Below, piece by piece: positions 55,807 to 64,000 of a DNA stretch of 64,000 bases. Positions within the stretch are counted from its first letter, which is position 1; every line of letters begins with the position of its first letter. The translations under genes and the position numbers were made by a program. Where the stretch lies: the NCBI GenBank assembly GCA_963845755.1, contig CAWJTV010000016.1, positions 1 to 64,000 on the forward strand, read 5' to 3'. The notes below the pieces were generated by a model. That model was not told the DNA's origin. It ran no database searches and worked only from the letters and a program-made list of their open reading frames with translations. Source of the DNA: an uncultured Planctomycetota bacterium (lineage in GTDB: Bacteria > Planctomycetota > Planctomycetia > Isosphaerales > Isosphaeraceae).

Positions 55807-57106
55807 GCCGACGGCTCCTGTCGTACCCGGCCAACGATCGATCGGAATCCGATCGCAGCCAGCGGCATCGCCGCGATCTCGCCGGGGATTCGATACCGGA
55901 TCGAGCTGACGAAGACGCTATGAACCGCGCAGAAGTAGAGCACAGGACCCGCCAGCAGCACCAGGGCGCACAGGTCGCGCCGCCGATCCCAGCCGCCGGC
56001 GACCATCAGCAGATACAGCGGGATCACCACCACCGCGCCGGCCGCCGACAGCCAGGGCGATCGGTAGTCCTCGGCATTGGGCCACGGGCTCCAGTAGCGG
56101 CCGACCTTGATGAGGGCCAGCTCCAGGACACGCGACGGATTCGACCTGGCGAAGTCGAGAGCGCGACGCGTGAGCGTCGCGTCCTGATCGAGTTCGGAGA
56201 GCGTCCGGAATTCGGGCGTGTCGCGGAATCTCATGTCGCTGGCGCCGGTCGCGCCGGGGTTCAGTCCATCGTAGAGGCTGGCTCCCATCCAGAGCGACGT
56301 GGGGACGAACCGGCCGTAGATCCGCGCGTTGCGGACCCACCAGGGACTCATCACCAGGACCGCTCCAACCAGCACCAGCGCGGCGCAACGCATTACCGCA
56401 CGACGCCGATAGCGATCGCGCACAACGAGGCAAGCCATGACCCAGGCCAGCAAGGCCCCCGGCAAGAACAGCCCCCACGACGGCCGCGTCAGGACGACCG
56501 TCCCGCCGGTCATGCCGGTCCCCACCGCCACCAGGGCGGTGCGCCAGGACTCGCGATGACCGCCTGCCGGTCTCGGCTCCTCGGAAGTCCGCCAGAGCGT
56601 TGCAAGGCCCCAGAGTGTCAAGAGCATCAAGGGCATGAACAAGGCTTCGGAAAGAATCAACTCCGAGATGGCGACATCATAGGGATAGAAGGCGGCCAGG
56701 ACGGCGGCGATCAGGGGCACGGTCCAGAATCGGCGTTCGGAAAGAGGATCGAGTTCCGAGCGCGCGTTCGACCCGTCGGGCCAGGCGGTAAACCAGCCAG
56801 GCGCTCGCAGTCCCCAGGACAGCCTGGACCAGTCGGACCGCCATCGGCGACTCGCCGAAGACGACCTGGCAGGCCGCCAGGAACAGCGGATAAACCGGGG
56901 TGCGCATGGCCCGGTACGAGACATTACCCCACTCCACGATCTCATAGGGGTTCCCCGCGAATCGTCCGGGCCAGGAGCCAGTAATAACGGGCGTCGGGGA
57001 AGACGCACAACCGATAAGGATCGTTCCGATCCACGAACCGCTGCACCCCGACGGCGGCCAGGACTCGCAAGCCCAAGGCGGCCAGAAGCACCACGATCAA
57101 CGGCAT
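55803..57106 (-). CDS. GT39-like membrane glycosyltransferase, two apparent frameshifts
   Basis: PDARYY, RTPVYPLFLA, LSEALF, LTRP, PWWVRN, RYRIP. Confidence 0.8.
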
Positions 57107-57323
57107 GAGCCGTGCGCGGGCGACGGATCGCCACGTCCGTTCGATACTCCTCTGCCCGATCGTGTGTTTCACGGTTTGAGGGGACCCTCGAAGCGTCTTC
57201 GTCCCGTGGTTTCCATCGTTTCGCAATCAGCTTGATGATACCGGAAGCGGCGCCACCCCACCCACGCGAAAGTGCGGCGGCTTCCCGGGCCAACCGACGG
57301 GAACATAAGCAAGGACCTGATGA

Positions 57324-60300
57324 TCACCCGTGAGCGAGGAATTCCTCCAGGACAGCCGGTAGGTTGCGGATCGAGGATTCCTCCGACGCCAGTCTCGAAG
57401 CCAGTCGCGAGGCGAGCCCCGGCAGGTCGGGGAGCAGGCGGACGGCCTGGACGAGGTTGGGGTGTGTCGATTCGAGAGTATCCAGGTAGTGCTCCACTAG
57501 CTCCGTGCTCAGCAGTTCCGGCGCCCTGTCCCAGAGCTCCTTGCCGATCCGGAATAGGGCGTGATCGACCGCCCCAGGCGGGGTACCGGAGGAACGGAGT
57601 CTTTGGGTGAGTTCACGAACCTTTTTCGAGTCGATCTCCTGGAGCGAAGCCGGATCCACGTCGGCAGGCAGACGGTCAGGAGGCAGCCTGATCCGATCGG
57701 CGCGCTGGTTGATCGCGAGCTCGATCGCATCAACCGAGAGGCGTTCGTCGGACTGGATCGCGATCTTGGGCGGGATCACCCCGCGACATTGGAAGAGGAT
57801 CGATTGGAGGCGAACGAACCCTTGTTCCAGCGCATCGCGATCGAGGGAGGACGATCGGCTGAGGAAGAGCGTCAGCGAGGCCGTCTCGAGGCTCATGGTC
57901 GGCACGTCGGCATCTCCTTCAGTTCTGCCGTGGGTGAGCGAGTTGCTCGACGATCGCGTCTTCGGCCATCCCGCGCCGCCGCATCGGGTCGAACGCTTCG
58001 ACGATCGCATTCAAGTTCCCGATCGAGATGCGCCGGGCCAGCAAGCCCTTGAGGACCCGCGTCAGCGCGACGACCTTCTCGGGCTTCTTGGGGATGTCGG
58101 CTCGCGAGCCGACGGACGACTCCTTCAACAGGGCTACGGTCGCCTCGTAATGAATCAGGTCGGCCATGCTGGACTCGAGCACGGCTTGCAGCCGATCCAG
58201 GAGGAACTCGGTCGGGGCCAGCAGGGGCAGCCCCTTATCACGAGCGCACGCGGCCTGGCTTTCGTCGAGCCAGAGTCCGTTTGGCGCTGGAACCTCGCCG
58301 GTGAGCTTCCGTCGGTTCGCCGGTGAGACCCAACGTCTTCCGATCCTCGGCCGGGACGAACGTCTTCTCAGGTGGGATGCGGCCCTCTTCTTTGAGTTTT
58401 CCCATCACCATTAAAAAATACGTTCCGGGTCGGGACGAGCCCTCCGCGATATCGGTGAACGACACGCCCGGGATTGTCAGGCCGAATCGGTCCCGGAAGT
58501 GCCCGCGCATCGCGGCAATCTTCTCGAGAATCGCGTCGCGGAGTGCATCCCTCGACTCGGTCAGGATGGGGCTGAGGAGTGCGGCCTCGAGCACGGGCTG
58601 GATCGGCGTGACGACCGGGATCAACTCGAGTGATGGTTCGCCGTAATGCAGGAGAAATCGCTTCCGATGCTCGTACTTGGCAAGTTTGCCGGCATACTCG
58701 GCATTCTCCGGCATGAGCCGGCTCGCCTGCTGTAGCGCCTCTGATAATCTCGTCGTATCGGCCGGATCGGTCAGATGCCGACATCTGCTCGAGCGCCCCG
58801 GCGAGGTTCGAGTGGATTACGGCGTTCTTCGGGGCCTTTTCGAGGGCCTTCCGGTACGCCTTGGCGGCTTCCGCATATTCCCTGAAATAATAGTGCAAGT
58901 TACCGATGAGATTGTCGTAATCGGCCTCGAAGGTCTCGCGCCGGCTGTCGAGCGCGAGATCGTAGAGGCCGAGTGCGGCCTCGCGATCCCCTCGCTTGGT
59001 AGTAGACGTCGGCCAGCGCCATCATGGCCTGGACCGGTTCGCCGCCCGTATGGTCAGCGACGAGGGCGCGTTCCACCTCGGTCTCGGCCTCGGAGTGCCT
59101 TTTGAGCATCCGCAGGAAGTCCGCCATCTTCGACCGGAAGCGGCCCTCGAGTCGGGGCTCGAGTCGCAGGGATTCCTTGCAGAATTCCAGGCCTTCCTCG
59201 TACCGGCCCTCGCGTTCGCAGAGCACGGCCATGAACCAGTATCCGTCGTAGGCCGCGGGGGCGATCTCAATGGCCTTCGCGAATGCGGACCGGGCCTCTG
59301 CCAGGGCCTCCGTGGTCCGGTCCGGCCGATCGGCCATGCCGAGGCTGCGCGTTTCCCAACTCGAGGTATCCCCGGAGCCGCGTAGGGTCCAGGGCGATCG
59401 CCTGGGCATAGCAGGCGAGGGCCTCGCGGTCGAGGTTGTTTTGCAGGTCGATCGACGCTTCCGTCAACAGGAGGTTGTACTCGGCCGATGGGTCCACGGC
59501 ACGGGCCTTGGCTTTGAGCGCCGGGATCCGCTCCCGGCGGTCGGCGAACAGCTTAGGGTGGCCGTAGAGCCGGATGAGCCGCAGATAGGCCGCGGACGAG
59601 CCGCAGGCGGCCGAGATGGCATCTTGATAGTGGGTCTCGGCCCCGTCGAGGTTCTCCACCGTTTCATCACACTCGGCCAGGGCCAGGTAACCGTCTTGCC
59701 GGCGTGGATCGAACGCAACGGCGCGACGGGCGAAGTCGGCGGCTTTCTCCAGTTCCCCCTTGTACAACCAGAGGCGAGTCCAGCCGACGAAGACCGCGAG
59801 CGAGTTCGTATCTCCGGTCAACTCGTCGGCCTTTTTCAGCCAACCCTCGGCACCGTCAACGTCGCCGAAAACCGAGAGATGGATCTGAGCGAGAACGCCC
59901 ATGAGCGAGGCGTGCTGGAGGTCATCGAGGCCCGGCTCTTTCGAGAGCATGACGAGGCCGTCACGGCACTCCGCCCATCGCTCGTGCGCCATGAGCACAG
60001 AGTACCGTTTCATGGCTTCGAGCCGTCCGGCGAATTCTTCCGGGGCCGGCATCGGAGCCTTCGCCAATGCGGTGCAGAGCGCATCGCAGTCCCACATCGC
60101 GCGGACGTAGACCCAGACCCAGAGGGCCCACCCGGCTCCGGCGTCGCGGCAAAACGCCTCGGCCACCCGCTCGATCAGGCGATCGCAGATGAGCTTGGTG
60201 CACTCGTCGCGCAACTGCCGGAGGACCGGCAGGAGGCGGTCGACCTCGGCACGGCCCACCTGGTTGTCGAGCAGGATCCAAAGGGAAAACGGGTCGTCCT

Positions 60301-60499
60301 CGGCCAGCAGGGCCTCGCGCAGGCGTTCCAGGACGTCGGTCGCGGTGCGCATGTCGGCGTCGCGGCCCGCCGCGGCGCCGTAGGCGCGGGCGAGGATCGC
60401 AACGACTTCGTCCCGCTGGAACAGCCGCACGGCTCCGAACAGCGATGTGCCCGGCGGAGAGGGGACCGTGGTCGCCGTTTGTTGCAAGGCCTGGCCCAT
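57324..60499 (-). CDS. TPR-repeat protein with two C-terminal FlhA/FHIPEP-like cytoplasmic domains (about 5 apparent frameshifts)
   Basis: TPR motifs (ARRAVAFDP, YAQAIALDP, AKAIEIAP, YRKALEKAP). RFGLTIPGVSF, LTRVLKGLLARRISIGNLNAIVE, and a second GVIPPKI...LASEESSIRNLPAVLE resemble the FlhA C-terminal domain. Confidence 0.7.
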
Positions 60500-60511
60500 G
60501 GAATGGCTTCC

Positions 60512-61884
60512 TCACGATTTCGAGTCGAAGCGGTCCATGGTTGCAGTCGCGGGGGCCCCGGGCGACGGCGACGCCGCCGACAGATTGGACGCCGCCCCGG
60601 CGGCCATCCTCCCCCCAGCCGGAATACTGACCGGAGTGGTTCCTGGCCGGATCGACGGCGCTGGCCCGGGTGTTCCGGTCGAAGGCGACGACCCCGTCGT
60701 CTCCTTCTCCGTCGGAAGGATGATCGAGTCCCGGCAATGCATGTAGACCACCGGGGTCCCGAAACGGCGGAAGTCCAAGGAGCCGCGCCTTGCCCCAACT
60801 CGTAACGCGCGACCTTCACAGCTTCGTCGACTTCCATGCCCGCGCCGATCTGCTCGTAGAACGTCTTCACGAATTTCCTCGCTTCCTGATTCTGGATCTT
60901 GTATTGCATCGCGATCACAACCGGCACGTCCGCCTCGATGGCTATCGTCCGCGCCATATCCCGGAAGCTGTTGAGCGAGGTGATGGTCGTCGTCGAGGTG
61001 CTCGACGCGCTGTTGCAGGCATGCAGGAAGACCATGCGAAGATCCGGACGGTCGAACAGACCCATGATACCGGCGGTAGAGATCCAATCCGCCGTCGGAC
61101 GCTTCTCTCCCGGCGTCTCGTCATTCAGGTCGATATCCGTCGCTTCCTTGAGAAAGGCGAGCTCGCCCTTCAGGCCGTGTCCGATGAAGTGGAAGACGTG
61201 CGGTCGCCACTCCATCTCCTTGCGGACCTTCGAGAAGGTCGGGTCCTTGACTTGCCGGACTTGGACACGCTGGGCTGTGCCATCCTCGAGCTCCTTGATG
61301 GCCTTGATCGCATCCTGGGCCGAGGTCTCGATGTCCTCGAGATCGCGGGGCTGGCAGCAGACAACGAGGATCTTGAGTGCCTCACGGTCGGGGTCGATCA
61401 ACTGGTCCTTGTCGGACAGGCGGCGCGTCAGGATCAGGTCCTTCGAGTGGCCGGTGAGGAAGTAGCCGCCCAGGCCGGTACTGTTCGCGAGCGGCATGAA
61501 GAGGAATTCCCAGGGGAGGTGCGTCAGTTTGCTGTCCCGATCGGCGAAGAACAGGTTGAGGCGGAAGCGGAGGTCGGAGACTCCCCCGCTCTTCCTGTGC
61601 AACTGGTCTTCCCGGGAAACCTCCGCGGCGAAACCCTTGTAAGCCTCCTCGAACGCTTCGCGCACGTCCTTCGAACCGAAGAGGATGCCGTAGAGGTGCA
61701 GCCCGAGCAGCTTCAGCAGATCCAAGCCGCAGTTGTTGTTCTGACCGACCAGGGTGTTGAGGTGTTCGATGGTCAAAGCCGCGACGTCTGAATAATACAG
61801 CTCCCCCGACACCCCTTTGCCATAGGGCGGCTTGAATTCCACGATCTTCTCGCGGATCGTGATCGTACAATCCACGTAGCGCAT
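60512..61884 (-). CDS. CHAT (caspase-like) domain protein, frameshift near 60785
   Basis: LPWEFL, LKILVVCCQP, HVFHFIGHG (His), VFLHAC (Cys), VIAMQY, FVKTFYE, FGTPVVY. Confidence 0.88.
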
Positions 61885-61905
61885 CCCAGGTCCTCCGGCG
61901 GGACA

Positions 61906-63072
61906 TTACATGTCGAGGATCGAGACGGCGCTCGGGCGCACGACGTCGAGGGGGCCGGGTTTGACGGCCGCCTCGGGGCCCATCGTGGCCAGGCCCACCG
62001 CCTTGTCATGGATGGCCTTCATCCGTGTCCTGTAGAACTCCTTCAGCTCGTCGCACTGGGGCGCGGTGAGGTCGGGGCTCAACTCGATGGTCTCGTAGAG
62101 GCTCAGCATGTTGGCCTTGGCGCTGGCCCACTTCTCGAGGTTGGCGCTGTTGGCCTCGCCCTTGATCCGCTCCCAGAGCGGGTAGAACGGCAAGGTGGTC
62201 AGGTCGTCGCGGCGGTCGTCCGGCGGACGGACGATGCTGAACAGGACGAAGTCGGCCGCGGTGTACTTGGTGGAACTTTCCAGGCTCGGCCCCTGGTAAA
62301 GCTGATTGTTGCGCACCCAGAGCGTCTTGGGATCGACGTTCGGCGCGTCGATGAGGGCATAGAACCCCGGAGTGAACGGGTCGCCGGACGCGGAGTCGAA
62401 CTCGCGGCGCAGTCCGACCAGCGGCGTGGTGACGTCCAGCCCCAGCAGGCCCTCGAACCCATCGAGGACGACGTCCGCCAGGTGGAGATACGATCCGAGC
62501 GACGACGCGACGCCCAGTGGTCCCGAGGCTTTCTCGATCACGCCCAGCAGCCGCCGCGCGTAGTCCTTGACCTGCACCGAACAGAGGACGACCGACACGA
62601 TCAGCCGGCCCCCGCGGAACGGGTGCAGGCCCGATACGCGGGTATCCTGCAAGATCGTGCCGTGGGGCACGGTCAGGTTCTGTTGCTTGATCAGCGCGGG
62701 GCCGACCACGAAGGGAACCGCTTGCTCCGCCTTGTCGTAGATGAACTCGGAGACGACGAAGACGGTCGGGTCGATGGCGTGGAACCACTGGCGGGCCTGG
62801 GTCAGATACATCTCGTTGACGCGGACCTGGAAATAATCCTCATCGGCCGCGAAGACCGCTTGCAACGGCTTGCCGATCGTGATGTCGTCGCCGGAAGGCT
62901 TGCCCGTACCGGGCTTCGGTACCGGTGACGGGGGCGTCGGCACCGTCGGCCGGGGCGTCGGTTGTGGGCCCTGGACCTGATTGATGGGGATCTCCACCGC
63001 GGTGGGCATCACCCGCGGCGCATTGATGATCCGTGTCTTGATGGTGTTCCAGACGTCGGCGAATCGCGACAT
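61906..63072 (-). CDS. Hypothetical protein, first gene of the CHAT operon
   Basis: Intact 388-aa ORF with GAGGA RBS and strong GC3 bias; Pro-rich N-terminal linker. Confidence 0.8.
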   Translation of the reverse strand: MSRFADVWNTIKTRIINAPRVMPTAVEIPINQVQGPQPTPRPTVPTPPSPVPKPGTGKPSGDDITIGKPLQAVFAADEDYFQVRVNEMYLTQARQWFHAIDPTVFVVSEFIYDKAEQAVPFVVGPALIKQQNLTVPHGTILQDTRVSGLHPFRGGRLIVSVVLCSVQVKDYARRLLGVIEKASGPLGVASSLGSYLHLADVVLDGFEGLLGLDVTTPLVGLRREFDSASGDPFTPGFYALIDAPNVDPKTLWVRNNQLYQGPSLESSTKYTAADFVLFSIVRPPDDRRDDLTTLPFYPLWERIKGEANSANLEKWASAKANMLSLYETIELSPDLTAPQCDELKEFYRTRMKAIHDKAVGLATMGPEAAVKPGPLDVVRPSAVSILDM

Positions 63073-63298
63073 GGGATCCTCGTCTCTGGACAGCTCATGA
63101 CCGGCTGGCAACATCCCAGCCATGTGGGGACTTGTCGAGACGTTCACAGTACACATCCGATTCCTCTACCGCAAGCATTCAGCCGGCGACGGCGGAGGTT
63201 CGCAAACAGTGCTCTTGGGCGTGCTACGACTCTTGTGATAGGATGGTGCGGATATGGACTGGCACTCCCCATCGAATCCCGCTCCGCGAGGCCCGACG

Positions 63299-64000
63299 AT
63301 GATGATTCCCGGCTGCTTGTCAATCCTGCTCACGACGATGCTCGCCGGGTCGCCGCCGGTCGAACGCGACCGAGGCTCGCGCGCTCACGTTCAAGCTCCA
63401 GGACTTCCGCGGCGGCTGGCATGCCCTCGATGATACCCGCGAGAAGAAGCTGGTCGTACTGGCTTTCCTGGGTGCCGAATGTCCGCTGGCGAGCCTCTAT
63501 GCCCCCAGGCTTGCCGAGCTGGCGCGGGCCTATGACAAGAAAGGGGTGGCGTTCTTCGGCGTCGACTCCAACCAGCAGGATGCCCCGTCGTCGATGTCGC
63601 GGTTTGCCCAGGCGCACGACCTGCCGTTCCCCTTCTTGAAGGATGTGGGGAACGAGCTGGCCGACCGGCTCGACGTCGATCGGACGCCGGAGGTCTTCGT
63701 CCTCGACGCGCGGCACGTGGTGCGCTATCGCGGCCGGGTTGACGATCAGTTCGGATTCGGCGTCCACCGGCCGGCACCGAGCCGTCGCGACCTGACCGAC
63801 GCGCTCGACAACCTGCTGGCCGGCCACCCCGTCACCACGCCGCGGACCGAAGCCGTCGGCTGCCGGATCGGACGGATTGCCAAGGCCAAAGCAGAGGGGT
63901 CCGTCACCTACTCGAAAGAGGTGGCGCGGATCCTCCGCGATCGCTGCGTGGCCTGCCACCGTGAGGGGGAGATCGCGCCGTTCTCGCTGGCGAGGTACCC
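63299..64000 (+). CDS. Redoxin (AhpC/TSA) plus cytochrome c domain protein; frameshift near 63385; runs off the window
   Basis: FKLQDF, FLGAECPL, RTPEVFVLD, YRGRVDDQ, VTYSKEVARILRDRCVACH. Confidence 0.85.

Noticed and set aside
57324..58714. Functional flagellar or T3SS export gate (flhA/sctV)
   Set aside because: No N-terminal TM domain, fused to TPRs, and no other export genes in the window.
1..64000. tRNA or rRNA genes
   Set aside because: None recognised by eye; tRNAscan-SE and barrnap would be needed to exclude them.

Overview
GC-rich bacterial DNA whose gene content (DUF1501, a DUF1592/DUF1552/ankyrin cluster, arylsulfatase, redoxin-cytochrome c fusion) suggests a Planctomycete, probably Isosphaeraceae-like (inference). 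Many genes are split by single-base frameshifts, which probably reflect long-read indel errors. (1) 1-5936 is a nested mobile-element stack. A group II intron RT is interrupted by an IS21, by an IS66 (8-bp TSD), and by a 2.0-kb large-serine-recombinase element. That element sits exactly in the RT 'PQGGIISP' motif and has 25-bp perfect inverted ends that rebuild a palindromic attP. (2) 6-36 kb holds mostly ordinary metabolic, transport and regulatory genes, plus a 151-bp hairpin/heptamer-repeat insertion inside a nucleotidyltransferase gene. (3) 36.9-47.4 kb is an accessory region with three Tn3-type 38-bp inverted repeats but no transposase, a second IS66 copy, a MITE-like element, TA modules and IS21 debris. 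(4) 51-57 kb is a GT39 glycosyltransferase cluster. (5) 57.3-63.1 kb is an unusual three-gene operon: an unknown protein, a caspase-like CHAT protease, and a TPR protein carrying two FlhA/FHIPEP-like cytoplasmic domains, with no secretion genes nearby. All family assignments come from motif recognition by eye, not from database searches.
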